DNA of 64,000 nucleotides from Chloroflexota bacterium (GTDB taxonomy: Bacteria > Chloroflexota > UBA11872 > VXOZ01): assembly GCA_964291655.2 (NCBI GenBank), contig OZ219802.1, forward strand, positions 1,568,001 through 1,632,000. The letters are read 5' to 3'. The notes below the pieces were generated by a model, which was not told the origin of the DNA, made no database searches, and saw only the letters and a program-made list of their open reading frames with translations. Below are positions 28,419 through 39,130 of the stretch, piece by piece. The position numbers were made by a program, and so were the translations under genes. Every line of letters starts with the position of its first letter. The first letter of the stretch is position 1.

Positions 28419-30362
28419 TTGACCCGAGAACAGCGGCTGAGTTCTATCGGCATTAGTTTGGCGCTCTTCCTGGCGGCGCTCGATCAGACGATTGTGACCA
28501 CGGCGTTGCCGCGCATCACGGATGAGCTGGGCGGACTGAACTATTATGCCTGGGTCGTGACAGCGTACCTGCTGGCGTCGGTGCTGAGTCTGCCGCTCTT
28601 TGGTCGTCTTGTCGAGATTTTTCCCGCCAAGTGGGTACTGCTCGGCGCGGTGAGCGTTTTTCTCGCCGGTTCCATGCTCTCCGGCCTGGCGCCGGGCATC
28701 GAAGCATTGATAGCCTTTCGCGCCCTGCAGGGCTTTGGCGGAGGCGGCATCTTTGCCTTGGCCTTCACATTGATCGGCCTGCTCTTTACGCCCCGCGAGC
28801 GGGGGCGAGTGCAAGGGATGATGGGCGGTGTATTTGGCCTCTCAAGTGTGGCGGGTCCCTGGCTCGGCGGTTTCCTAACCGACCTGCTCTCCTGGCGTTG
28901 GATTTTCTATATCAATATGCCCCTCGGCATAATCGCCATCATCTTTCTGGTGGGCTTCATGCCGCAACTCCAGTCCGAGCAACGCGGTCGCTTCGACCTG
29001 CTGGGTGTCGTCATGCTCGCACTTTGGGTCGTGCCGTTGGTGCTTGCGCTATCCTTAGGCGGCACGAGCTACCCTTGGCTCTCCGGACAGATTCTCGGAT
29101 TGACCGTGCTCGCACTGGCGGCCCTGCTCCTCTTCTTGTGGTGGCAGCGGCGCAGCTTAGACCCGTTGATTCAACTCAAACTCTTTCAAATCAAGGTCTT
29201 TCGCTGGGCGATGGTGGGAAGTTTCTTCTTTGGCGGCGCGTTTCTCGGCTCTGTGGTCTTCTTACCACTCTATCTCGTACATGTGAAGGGATTCTCGGCG
29301 ACGAATTCCGGGCTCTCAATCACGCCGTTGGTGATGGGTGTCGTCATGGGAAGTATACTGGGGGGCCAAATTGCCAGTCGTTCCGGACGCTACAAGCTGC
29401 CGCTCATCACATCCATTTGCATCGGCGGCTTCGCGTTTGCCGCGTTTGCTTTCAATCTGCGTGTCGATACGCCGCTATGGCAGGTGATCCCACTCATGGT
29501 GGTGATCGGCCTCAGTCTGGGACCATCGTTGCCGCTCTATACGCTGGCCGTACAAAACGCCGTGCCCCGCGCCCGTCTCGGCACCGCTACCAGCACGTTG
29601 CAATTCGTGCGCCAAGTGGGCTCCACGGCTTCGGTCGCGTTGATGGGTACCGTGCTCGCAGCGACCATCACTGCAACTACTACCGAGCAAATGCCTGAGG
29701 TAATGGGCGGGCCATTAGGAGAAACCACTTTGGGAGAGGGGAACAACAACGTGACAAACCTGGGTGCAGAGGTTCAGGCGCGCTTCGCGGCTCTTGAGCG
29801 GCAGTTCGTTGCGGCTCTGAATGGGGACGAGAGCGCACGCCAAGCGCTGTTGTCGGATCCAGCACTACCGCCGGAAATCGCATCCCAGTTGCAGTCTGGC
29901 AGCATTCGCGATCAGGTGCGGACGGACTTGGCGCAGACCATCGCGCAGGTCGAGGCGGCACTCGCGGGAGACGCCACCGCCCGGAACCAAGCGCTGCAAA
30001 ATCCGCGCATAGCGGAAGAGCTGAAAGCGATTTTGCAAAATCCGCCCGAGTCTGCCGATACTCGCGCAGAGGTCCTGAACACCCTCCGCGGGCGTTTACA
30101 GGCTGAAGAAGAGACCATTGTTGGCGAGGTTGAGACACAGGTTGTTGCTCAAGTCCAGGCACAGTTGCGCGATCGGGCGGCGGAGGTTGTCGACGTGCTC
30201 ACGAGCGCGCTTAAAACGGGAATTACGGCTGCCATACAGCGCGTTTACACATTTGCCGCAGCCTTGACTCTTTTCAGTTTCGTGGCGGCGTTGCTCATTC
30301 CTGACGCGGAATTGGGAGGCGCTCCAGGCGCCAGACGCGAAGACGCGGCACCGAACGCGTAG
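28419..30362 (+). CDS. MFS transporter, DHA2 (14-TMS) family, with a large soluble insertion before the last helix
   Basis: LAALDQTIV.TALP, WVVTAYLL, RALQG.GGG, WRWIFYIN.P.G; TTG start after AGGAG. Confidence 0.9.
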   Translation: MTREQRLSSIGISLALFLAALDQTIVTTALPRITDELGGLNYYAWVVTAYLLASVLSLPLFGRLVEIFPAKWVLLGAVSVFLAGSMLSGLAPGIEALIAFRALQGFGGGGIFALAFTLIGLLFTPRERGRVQGMMGGVFGLSSVAGPWLGGFLTDLLSWRWIFYINMPLGIIAIIFLVGFMPQLQSEQRGRFDLLGVVMLALWVVPLVLALSLGGTSYPWLSGQILGLTVLALAALLLFLWWQRRSLDPLIQLKLFQIKVFRWAMVGSFFFGGAFLGSVVFLPLYLVHVKGFSATNSGLSITPLVMGVVMGSILGGQIASRSGRYKLPLITSICIGGFAFAAFAFNLRVDTPLWQVIPLMVVIGLSLGPSLPLYTLAVQNAVPRARLGTATSTLQFVRQVGSTASVALMGTVLAATITATTTEQMPEVMGGPLGETTLGEGNNNVTNLGAEVQARFAALERQFVAALNGDESARQALLSDPALPPEIASQLQSGSIRDQVRTDLAQTIAQVEAALAGDATARNQALQNPRIAEELKAILQNPPESADTRAEVLNTLRGRLQAEEETIVGEVETQVVAQVQAQLRDRAAEVVDVLTSALKTGITAAIQRVYTFAAALTLFSFVAALLIPDAELGGAPGARREDAAPNA

Positions 30363-30706
30363 TGGCGGTGCAGAAAAGCATCGCACAGTAGCGCCGCGCG
30401 GTTACGTGTGTCATCGAAGAAGCAGCCTGTCACTCCAGCAAGGGTGCCACACGCAGTAATCGCTGGCTGCCATCCTGCGCTACCGGCAAGCGTGGCAGCC
30501 CTTGACGCTGGGCGCACCGAGTGTGTGACCCACACGACTGAACCGAGGCAACGAGACAGTACACCATCCGGGCAATGCCCCACTTCTTGCTCTGCCTCCA
30601 GTTAGGAATCAGCGATATTATTCCGGCGCGCTTGAGAGCAGTTGAAATACAATATCGGGCCGGTGATGTGCCCTGGGTATGCTACAATTGACGTTGGAAT
30701 TTCCCG

Positions 30707-30778
30707 GCCGACGTAGCTCAGTGGTAGAGCAATGGTTTCGTAAACCATAGGCCGCCGGTTCAAATCCGGCCGTCGGCT
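30707..30778 (+). tRNA. tRNA-Thr (CGT)
   Basis: Acceptor stem GCCGACG/CGTCGGC, D-arm TAGCTCAGTGGTAGAGC, anticodon arm ATGGT-TTCGTAA-ACCAT, GGTTCAAATCC T-arm; TGCTACAAT promoter ~20 bp upstream. Confidence 0.96.
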
Positions 30779-30998
30779 CCCAGAAGATCGACACTCTCGA
30801 GTGAAGCAGCGCATTCGCCGGACTCGTTGCGGAGCGCTGCTTATTTGTTGGCGATTGCATGGGTGTTGCTGCCCGGTCGTGGGCGACGCCACTCTAGAAG
30901 GCATCATGGTGTAACGCGTGTTTGTGGCTTTGTACGGGACGAGGGAACTGCGCAACCGCCGCTCTTCCGGCAGCCCTTTCCAACGGTAGCCAACCACT

Positions 30999-31898
30999 AT
31001 GGGATCGTCGCAAGAAGCGAACCGCAATCCCGATGCGAGCATAGTTGCGCTCGTGCTTCTCTTGGCGCTGCTGTGGGGCGGCAACTCCGTTGCTATCAAG
31101 ATCGGCTTGCAGGACATACCCCCGTTAGCGTTGGCCGGCTTCCGCTTCATCATCGGTCTGGCTGCGGTAACTGGCTGGGCGTGGTTGCAGCGCGTACGGA
31201 TCAAGCTGGAACCCGGCGAACTTGTGCCCCTCATCTACCTCTCACTGATATTCCTGCTCCAGATCATCGCCCTCAACGTCGGCACGCACTATACCACCTC
31301 CTCCCGCTCCATCGTGCTTAACAGTACCTACCCGCTCTTTACCACCCTCTTTGCACACTTTCTCATCCGAGGGGACCGGCTCACCGTCCTAAAGACGCTG
31401 GGTATCTTGCTTGCCTTTGGCGGTGTCACCGTGACGTTCATGGAGAGCTTGAACCTTGCTTCAGGTGACTTTCTGATCGGTGACATCGTGGTGCTGGCAA
31501 GCGGCGGTCTGTTGGGTCTGCGGGTCGTCGCGACCAAGCGGCTCATACAGAGCATTCACCCATATCGCCTCCTGATCTGGTCGATGCTCTTCAGCCTGCC
31601 GTGGTTCTTCATCTTGAGCCTCATCTTCGAGCAGGGCTGGGAGTATCGGATATCAGCATCCAGCATCACGGCGATCTTGTACCAGGGACTGGTGGTAGCG
31701 GGCTTTTGCTTTGTGGCCTGGACCTCGGTGCTGCAGCACTACCGCGCAAGTCGCCTCGTCGTGCTCTTCTTTGCGACGCCGCTCTTTGGCGTCGTGCTGA
31801 GCAACCTCCTCTTGGACGAGGCGCTCGGCCTTGAGCTCGTGTCGGGAGCCGTTTTGGTGGCAGCCGGAATATTTCTTGTCAATCGGACCAAAGAGTAA
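30999..31898 (+). CDS. DMT/EamA family transporter
   Basis: About ten hydrophobic segments in two repeats; LLWGGN..AIK, PPLALAGFRF. Confidence 0.9.
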   Translation: MGSSQEANRNPDASIVALVLLLALLWGGNSVAIKIGLQDIPPLALAGFRFIIGLAAVTGWAWLQRVRIKLEPGELVPLIYLSLIFLLQIIALNVGTHYTTSSRSIVLNSTYPLFTTLFAHFLIRGDRLTVLKTLGILLAFGGVTVTFMESLNLASGDFLIGDIVVLASGGLLGLRVVATKRLIQSIHPYRLLIWSMLFSLPWFFILSLIFEQGWEYRISASSITAILYQGLVVAGFCFVAWTSVLQHYRASRLVVLFFATPLFGVVLSNLLLDEALGLELVSGAVLVAAGIFLVNRTKE

Positions 31899-31988
31899 GG
31901 TGCGGGGCGGCAGGCTTGCCGCGCTGTGCCTCTCCAGAGATGGGGGACCGGACAGATTTCCTTCGCCTCGCATCGGCCCTCCACTTGA

Positions 31989-32169
31989 GAGGCTGTCTCA
32001 TAAATGCATCGCTCAGTGTAGACCTGCCCTTCGACAGGCTCAGGGCGAACGTAAAAGGCAATAATCCATTCGTGCTGAGGGCTGCGCGAAGCCTGCTGCG
32101 CGAAGCCTGCTGCGCGAAGCCTTGTCGAAGCACGATATGGCTTATCGAGCCGACTGACGAGACAGCCTC
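31989..32169. mobile_element. MITE, GAGGCTGTCTC-type, carrying a family-D pair and a 3x14-bp repeat
   Basis: Ends GAGGCTGTCTC / GAGACAGCCTC; 4-bp direct repeat TTGA at 31985-31988 and 32170-32173; GCTGCGCGAAGCCT x3 at 32081-32122. Confidence 0.85.
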
Positions 32170-32489
32170 TTGAGGTGAGGGCGCATGGTTTACGCCTCTG
32201 CTGAAGTTGCCGGTAGGTCTCCACCGGGGAGAAAAGAACCCCCAACCAACCTACGTTGGGAATTCGTCTCCTGAGGCAGCTATGACGTAGGCCGGTTGGG
32301 GCGCATTCGCATTGACCCCTGCCCTATCTCACACCTATTGGGAAGGCCTCCGGCCCACTCAAGGCAGGCACCCCCGAGGATTTTCAATCGGCATGTGACA
32401 TCTGAGATGCTCCCCGCTGTCAACTACAGGGCTGCGGTTGCACTCCTAGAGCAGGGCGCCGGGATACGGACGTCATCTTGTCAGAACTC

Positions 32490-33746
32490 TTAGTCCGCCC
32501 GTTGGAAGATGAGCGTGGCGTTGTGGTCGCCGAAACCGAAGGAGTTGGAGAGCACATAATTCAGGGGGGCGTCGATGGTCTGGCCGAGCACGTAGTTGAT
32601 GCCGTTGCAATCCGGGTCGATGGTCTCGGTATTGATAGTCGCGGGCACCTTCTGGTCTTGTAGCATCTTGACGCAGGAGACCGCCTCGAATGATCCCGCG
32701 GCAGCGAGCATGTGTCCGGTGCTGGACTTCGTCGCCGAAACGTACGGCCGATCGCCAAACATCTCGCGCAAGGCCGCCGCTTCCACGCGATCGCCGATGA
32801 CGGTAGAGGTCATGTGCGGGTTGATGGCGTCGATGTCTGTCGCTGCCAGGCCCGCCATTTCCAATGCAATCTTCATGGTCTGCACCTGGGCGTCGCCGTC
32901 CGGTTCCGTGCGTCCGCCGGTGCCGTTCGTGCAGCCGTACCCAACAAGATACGCCAAGATGGGCGCGCCGCGGGCCTTGGCGTCGGCTTCCCGTTCCAAA
33001 ATCATGGCGGCGCCCCCTTCGCCAATCACGAAACCGTCGCGGTCTACGTCGGCCGGGCGGCTGGCGTGATTCGGATCGTCGTTGCGACGGCTCATAGGCC
33101 CGCCGCGCGCCGCAAAAATCGCCGTAATTGTGGGCACAACCACACCGTCGGACCCGCATGCCACCATGATGTCGGCGCGATCCGTGTGCAACATCCACAT
33201 GGCCTCGCCCACGGCGATGGTGCCGGTGGCGCAGGCGACGGAGGGTGTGAAGTTTGGGCCGCGCGCGCGAAATGCCGCCGCGATGAGCGCAGTAGCCGCG
33301 TTGGGCATGATGCGCAGCACCTCGCTGGGCAGGAACGACGCGAATTCGCCGCGACCGGTCCGCTGGGAGGCCTGCTCCACTGTGCGCGCGCCGCCTAGGC
33401 AATTACCGGAGACGACGCCGCAGCGGAATTGCAATTCCTCAGGCAAGGGCAACGGCAAGCCGGAGTCCGCAATCGCTTCCAAGGAGGCAGCCAAGGCGTA
33501 CTGGTGTGTGCGGTCCTGCCGGCGGGCGTCGTTATAGATGCGGCGCGGCAGGCCTTTGAAGACAACGTTCGGATCAAAGCCATCGACTTCGCAGGATATC
33601 CTCACCGGGAAGTCAGTGGCATCGTACGTTTCGGTGGGGCCGGCGCCGGAAACCCCCGCACAGAGGTTTTCCCACGAATCCGCGATGCTCGTACCCAAAG
33701 GGGTAACGGCCCCAATTCCGGTTACCGCAATACGTGTATACTTCAC
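32490..33746 (-). CDS. fabF: Beta-ketoacyl-ACP synthase II-like condensing enzyme
   Basis: VTGIGAVTPLG, ACATG catalytic Cys, DGFVIGEG, KSSTGH, SNSFGFG. Confidence 0.8.
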   Translation of the reverse strand: MKYTRIAVTGIGAVTPLGTSIADSWENLCAGVSGAGPTETYDATDFPVRISCEVDGFDPNVVFKGLPRRIYNDARRQDRTHQYALAASLEAIADSGLPLPLPEELQFRCGVVSGNCLGGARTVEQASQRTGRGEFASFLPSEVLRIMPNAATALIAAAFRARGPNFTPSVACATGTIAVGEAMWMLHTDRADIMVACGSDGVVVPTITAIFAARGGPMSRRNDDPNHASRPADVDRDGFVIGEGGAAMILEREADAKARGAPILAYLVGYGCTNGTGGRTEPDGDAQVQTMKIALEMAGLAATDIDAINPHMTSTVIGDRVEAAALREMFGDRPYVSATKSSTGHMLAAAGSFEAVSCVKMLQDQKVPATINTETIDPDCNGINYVLGQTIDAPLNYVLSNSFGFGDHNATLIFQRAD

Positions 33747-33897
33747 CGAGTGCTCAATCCGTCACTGCCGTAGTCACGAACTCTTCCACGCTCTATACAC
33801 CAACGGGTAGCCGCATGCTTTCCAACAACTAGCAACAATAGTACTTATTGCTATTTGCATTATACCTGCCGACGCCATGTTCGGACAGGACGAGAGC

Positions 33898-36255
33898 TTA
33901 CACCGGGAAGCGAGAGAACTCCTCGTCCTTCTCGTCGGCGGTTTCCGCGTCGTCCAGGTCGAAGGGCGGATCGTCTCCGTCGTCTTCCAGCAGGTCGCCG
34001 GCGCTAACGAGCACATGACGCACGCGGCCCAAGCCTTCCGGTGGGGTAACAACCCCACGTTCCTCGAGCGTATCCAGGATGCGGTTGGCCTTGGTGGCGC
34101 CGATGCCGAGCTGGCGCTGCAGGAATGAAGCCGAGGCATTGTCGTACTGGCAGACCAGGCGGATAGCCTGGCGCACCAGGTCGTCGTCTTTGTTCTCTTG
34201 GTGGTTGGCCACGGCCTCCTCGAAAGACTTTTCCGGAATGTACTCCGGCGCGCCTTGCTCCCGCCAGAAGGCCACGATGCGGGCAATTTCGTCGTCGGCG
34301 AGGAAGGTACCCTGAATACGGGTGAGGCGGGTGGCCTCTTTCGGCGCAAAGAGCATGTCGCCCTGGCCGATGAGCTTTTCCGCTCCCGCGCCGTCGAGAA
34401 TGGTGCGCGAATCGGCCTGCGAACTGACTGCAAAGGCGATGCGGCACGGGAAGTTGGCTTTGATGAGACCCGTGAGCACGTCCACCGACGGGCGCTGGGT
34501 CGAGACGACCAAGTGGATGCCCACCGCGCGGGCCATTTGCGCCAGGCGGCAGAGGTATTTCTCCACGTCGCCGGCCGCCGTCATCATGAGGTCGGCAAGC
34601 TCGTCGATCAGGATGACGAGGTAGTGCATCGGCTCATCGCCGGCCTCTTGCTTGGCGGTGTTATAGGTTTGGATGTTGCGGAAACCCTCCTGCGCCAGCA
34701 CCTTGTAGCGCCGCGTCATCTCGTCGGCGGCCCACATGAGTGTCGGCACCACTTCGTCCAGGTCGGTAATGACGGGGCGCAGCAGGTGCGGAATGTCGCT
34801 GTAACCGATCATCTCCACCATCTTGGGATCGACGACCAGGAAGCGCAGCGTCTCCGGCGTGTGCTGCATGAGCAACGAACAGATGATGGCGTTCACGCAC
34901 GCCGACTTGCCCGAACCCGTGGAACCGGCAATCAACAAGTGCGGCATGGTGGCGAGGTCTGTGACCCGTACGTCGTTGGCGACGTCGCGCCCAAGCGCCA
35001 GCGGCAGCATGCCCTTGTGCTCCGCAAAAGAGGGATCGGTCATAAACTCCCGCATCGTGACGATGGTGGTGTGCTGGTTGGGAATCTCAATGCCGACGTA
35101 CGGAAAGCCGGGTACCGGCGCTTCGATACGCACACTCGTCGCGGCGAGGGCGAGGGCGAGGTCGTTGGCGAGATTCACAACGCGACTCACCTTGATGCCT
35201 TGACCTAGAGTGAGCCGGTACTGGGTGACGGCCGGGCCCCGGATGGCTTCGGCAACCTCTGCCACCACTTTGAAGCTGCGCAACGCCTCCTCGATTATGA
35301 GGGCGCGTTGCTCGATTTCCTGAGTCGCTTCTTCTGCATCGTTCGTGTGCGCGGCGGGCGTGAGCAATTCCGGCGGGGGCAATTGCCAGCGCGGGGCTGC
35401 GGCGGTCTCTTCCCCTTCCATTGCAGCGGCCATGTCTTCATCCGCCAATCCGGCCTCGTTCAACAGGTCCAAAGAGTCGGTAGATTCAGCCTGATTCGGT
35501 GCATCTGCCACCGCTTGCAGTACTCTCGGAGCGGTCTTCGCATCGGGAGTGCCTACGTTAGAAGCTACGCGTACTGCCACTGCGCGGGGTTTGGGCGTGT
35601 CCGGCTGTTCAGGTTCCGTGGCCCAATCCCCAATGCGATGGTACGCGCCGACGGCTGCCGCAAAGAGCATTCCCAGGCCTTTGCCTACCAACCGCACCAC
35701 GTACCATATGCCCACCAGCGCGCTGCGCATTCGCCCGAGTGAGATTGAAAAGGTGACAATCGTCGTGATGAGCAGCAAGGCAAAGAGAACGATTACTGCT
35801 CCCGCAAAACCGAGCGCGGTCGTGAGCGGTTTGAGAATCTGCAACCCGACGGCGCCGCCCACAGGATAGGCATCCGCCATTTCCGGCGGGCCTGCTATTG
35901 CCTGTCCAAAAGCCGTCGCAGCGAGCACGAGCACCGCCAGCGCCGTGAGCGTTTCCCAACGCACATAGCGCTCTTGTGTGATGCCGTCGCGGATGAGCTG
36001 TATGCCGAGCACGATTGAAGCGAGTGCAGGCAGCGGCGCCATCCACCCGAATAGGGTGACGAGCAACTCGTGCCACAATCCGCTCACTGTGCCGCTCGGC
36101 GAAAGCAGCGCGATGACCGAGAGCAGGCCGATCACTATGCTTAGCACGCCAAAGACCTCTCGCCGCAGGGGCGAGGGCAGGCGCAGTGAAGGAAGAGGCA
36201 GACGGGACTGGCGTGAAGACGACTTTTGACTTGCGGTGCTACGACGGGTTGCCAT
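33898..36255 (-). CDS. ftsK: DNA translocase FtsK/SpoIIIE
   Basis: N-terminal 4TM region, PHLLIAGSTGSGKS, DELADLM, TQRPS, gamma domain ASFLQRQL. Confidence 0.95.
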   Translation of the reverse strand: MATRRSTASQKSSSRQSRLPLPSLRLPSPLRREVFGVLSIVIGLLSVIALLSPSGTVSGLWHELLVTLFGWMAPLPALASIVLGIQLIRDGITQERYVRWETLTALAVLVLAATAFGQAIAGPPEMADAYPVGGAVGLQILKPLTTALGFAGAVIVLFALLLITTIVTFSISLGRMRSALVGIWYVVRLVGKGLGMLFAAAVGAYHRIGDWATEPEQPDTPKPRAVAVRVASNVGTPDAKTAPRVLQAVADAPNQAESTDSLDLLNEAGLADEDMAAAMEGEETAAAPRWQLPPPELLTPAAHTNDAEEATQEIEQRALIIEEALRSFKVVAEVAEAIRGPAVTQYRLTLGQGIKVSRVVNLANDLALALAATSVRIEAPVPGFPYVGIEIPNQHTTIVTMREFMTDPSFAEHKGMLPLALGRDVANDVRVTDLATMPHLLIAGSTGSGKSACVNAIICSLLMQHTPETLRFLVVDPKMVEMIGYSDIPHLLRPVITDLDEVVPTLMWAADEMTRRYKVLAQEGFRNIQTYNTAKQEAGDEPMHYLVILIDELADLMMTAAGDVEKYLCRLAQMARAVGIHLVVSTQRPSVDVLTGLIKANFPCRIAFAVSSQADSRTILDGAGAEKLIGQGDMLFAPKEATRLTRIQGTFLADDEIARIVAFWREQGAPEYIPEKSFEEAVANHQENKDDDLVRQAIRLVCQYDNASASFLQRQLGIGATKANRILDTLEERGVVTPPEGLGRVRHVLVSAGDLLEDDGDDPPFDLDDAETADEKDEEFSRFPV

Positions 36256-36519
36256 AGATAGACTCCTCATAGCGTGCAGAAGAAGGCGGGTACGGTGAAA
36301 GACGAATGCTAAGAATTCAGCGTGGGTGTGGGCACATGTTTGGTAGGGGAGAGTGGCACAACGGGCGCAAACCCGTCAGGCAAAGTCCCGCACTTGAGGG
36401 TGCTTGCCGAGGCACCGTCAGGCACTGTCACCGTTCGCCCCACATTGCCCCGATATGCTGCACCGCGTACGGAGCAGGACAAATCGTGACACCAGGTGAA
36501 CGGAACCAGCGATCCATAG

Positions 36520-36648
36520 CCATTCGCCCTGAGCCTGCCTGTCCTGAGCTGATCGAAGGGTCGAAGGGTGAATGTTGCTCTTCACTTACATCCGAAACCG
36601 TTCATACTTCGACAAGGTCTTCGCGAAGACTACTCAGTACGAACGGAA
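36520..36648. repeat. Family-D palindrome pair with micro-inserts
   Basis: TTCGCCCTGAGCCTGCCTGTCCTGAGC..TCGAAGGGTCGAAGGG and ACTTCGACAAG-GTCTTCGCGAAGACT-ACTCAGTACGAACGG. Confidence 0.8.
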
Positions 36649-36688
36649 TCTAATAACCGGGCAGACAACCACTCCGAAACAAAAAGGG

Positions 36689-38347
36689 TCAGACTTCGGT
36701 CACAACGGGGAGGATCATCGGTCTGCGGCGGGTCTCACCGTAAAGGAATGTTGACACCACGTCGCGGATTCGATCTTGAACTTGGCGGATTTCGGCGCGG
36801 GGGCCGAGATCGGCCTCCAGATTATTATACAAGCGCTGCCGGGCTTTTTCAATCAGCATCTCCAGGCCCTCTTGCATGAAGCCCCGAGAGATGATGTCAG
36901 GACCCGATAGCACGTGGCCGGTCTCACGATCGATGGTCACCACCACGATGAAGATGCCGTCCTGCGAGAGATGCTTGCGGTCGCGCAGGACGCTATGGCT
37001 AACATCCCCGACGCCAAGTCCGTCTACGAAGACATACCCGGCTTGCACCCGGTCAACCTTGCGTATTTCATCTGCGGTCAACTCGATGATATCGCCGTCT
37101 TCCGCTACGATGATGTTCTCCGTATCCACGCCGATCTCGCCCGCCAAGCGCGCGTGGTGCATAAGGTGCTGATAGCCGCCGTGGATGGGGATGAATGCTT
37201 CCGGTCGCAAGATGCTGAGAAGAGTCTTCAGTTCTTCCTGGGCACCGTGCCCTGAGACGTGAACGTTGGCCACTTTGTCGTAGAGCACGTCCGCTCCCTG
37301 GCGAAAGAGCTTATCGATGGTCTTTGCCACCAAGGCCTCGTTGCCGGGTATGGGACTGGCGGAAATGATGACCGTGTCGTCGGTCTCGACGTTGATCTGG
37401 CGATGGTCGCGGTTCGCGATGCGGCCCAAAGCGGAGGTCGGCTCGCCCTGGCTGCCCGTGGTAATGATGACGACCTCTTCTTTATTGAATTCGTGCAGGC
37501 GATCGGGGCGCACCAGCATGTTTGCCGGTACATCCAGGTACCCCAACTGCATAGCCATGTTCACATTCTGCACCATGTTGCGTCCGGTCACGCAGATGCT
37601 GCGGTCGAATTCGTGGGCGGTATCCACCACCTGCTGCACGCGTGAGATCAATGAAGCAAACGTGGTCACGATGATGCGGCCGCGCGCCTCCGAGAAGACC
37701 TCGGCAAAGCAATCGTAGATCACCCGCTCAGACGGCGTGTACCCAGGCCTGTCGGCGCGGGTGCTATCGGAGAGCAGCAGCCGCACGCCTTCCTGGGCGT
37801 ACTTTGCCAGTCGCCAGATATCGGAGAGTTCGCCGTCCACCGGCGTATAGTCGAACTTGAAGTCGCCCGAATGCACCACCAGACCGACGGGCGTATAAAT
37901 CGCCATGCCCACGCCGTCGGGGATACTGTGGCACATGTGGAAGAATTCAAAGCGGAAGGGGCCGAGCGTAATCTGATCGCCGGGGGCGATCTCCCGCAAC
38001 CTGGCCTGTTCCTCGAGGCCGTGTTCCTTGAGCTTGACCTCCAGCAGGCCGAGCGTGAGCCGCGTGCCATAGATGGGCGCGTTGATCGAGCGCAGGAAGT
38101 AAGGCAGCGAGCCGGTGTGGTCCTCGTGCCCGTGCGTGATGATGATCGCCTGGATGCGGTCCCGCTTGTCTTGTAAATACGAGATGTCGGGAATGACCAG
38201 GTCGATGCCCAGCATCTCGTCTTCGGGGAACATGACGCCGGCGTCGATGAGGACGATGTCATCGCCGTACTCCAGCACCATGCAGTTCTTGGCAATTTCG
38301 CCCAAACCGCCCAGGGGAATGATGCGAAGCTTCTTATCGGCTGACAT
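36689..38347 (-). CDS. rnj: Ribonuclease J
   Basis: PLGGLGEI, THGHEDH, HSIPD, GDFKFD, TGSQGEP, HVSGH, RRPMILP. Confidence 0.96.
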   Translation of the reverse strand: MSADKKLRIIPLGGLGEIAKNCMVLEYGDDIVLIDAGVMFPEDEMLGIDLVIPDISYLQDKRDRIQAIIITHGHEDHTGSLPYFLRSINAPIYGTRLTLGLLEVKLKEHGLEEQARLREIAPGDQITLGPFRFEFFHMCHSIPDGVGMAIYTPVGLVVHSGDFKFDYTPVDGELSDIWRLAKYAQEGVRLLLSDSTRADRPGYTPSERVIYDCFAEVFSEARGRIIVTTFASLISRVQQVVDTAHEFDRSICVTGRNMVQNVNMAMQLGYLDVPANMLVRPDRLHEFNKEEVVIITTGSQGEPTSALGRIANRDHRQINVETDDTVIISASPIPGNEALVAKTIDKLFRQGADVLYDKVANVHVSGHGAQEELKTLLSILRPEAFIPIHGGYQHLMHHARLAGEIGVDTENIIVAEDGDIIELTADEIRKVDRVQAGYVFVDGLGVGDVSHSVLRDRKHLSQDGIFIVVVTIDRETGHVLSGPDIISRGFMQEGLEMLIEKARQRLYNNLEADLGPRAEIRQVQDRIRDVVSTFLYGETRRRPMILPVVTEV

Positions 38348-38606
38348 AGAGTAGGTAATATTCCAGTTGCGGTTAAAACCGCGAGATTGAGGAGGTAAGT
38401 TTCCTTGGACCTCTACGATTGAGGCCTACAATCATGATGGACTTGCGCGTGCAGGGCGTCAAGGTAGGGGCAGCGCCTGAAAGCGGCGCTGGCGTTCATA
38501 TACTATTGGGAGGGGATGAGTAGAGTGTCGGTCAAGGTGATGGCAAGGCAGTATTCTTCGTGGCAAGGAACGCGTTGCGAGCGCATAGAGAGCGACCCGC
38601 GCACGC

Positions 38607-39083
38607 ATGACGGCAGTAACGATTCGACCGGCATGCAGATGATGCGCCGCGCCTCCGCGAACTTGAACGCATGATCGTGAAAGCGTCGCTCCCAATTATT
38701 GGTGAAGTGCGCTCTAACTTGCCGGCCAAAGATGCCGTCGGCGCGTCGGTCATTGACTCACTGTAAGTCGTGGCAGTAGCGGCGGACGGCATCGCCGTCC
38801 GGTAGCGGATGTGACTGGTGTGATTGCGCTCACTGTGCGTACCGGGGGAGCCCTACCCAGCCACCGTACGTCCACGTCCGCTCCCTACCGCCGCCAGGGC
38901 ATCGCTCTGCGGTTGGTGCGGGAAGCAGAGGCATGGACACGGGAGCAGGGCATGCTGAGGCTTGCAACCGACGTGGCCGAGGGCAACCACGCTGCTCTGG
39001 CGTTCTTTCTGCGCGCTGGGTACTATGAGGAGCGTGGCATGTTGGAGAAAATTTCGGCAAACGGCCAATCAGTGAGGACGTAG
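38607..39083 (+). pseudogene. GNAT acetyltransferase pseudogene
   Basis: MTAVTIRPA / ADDAPRLREL in shifted frames, then a stop; C-terminal YRRQGIA..L and N.AA..F..RAGY motifs in ORF 38811-39083. Confidence 0.7.
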
Positions 39084-39130
39084 CGTGTGGGCTTGGCCCC
39101 GCTACGTGTGGGATGCGCACGATGAAGAGC

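Noticed and set aside
30707-30800. tRNA-Thr as an integration site for an island
   Set aside because: No integrase and no duplicated tRNA 3' end in the window
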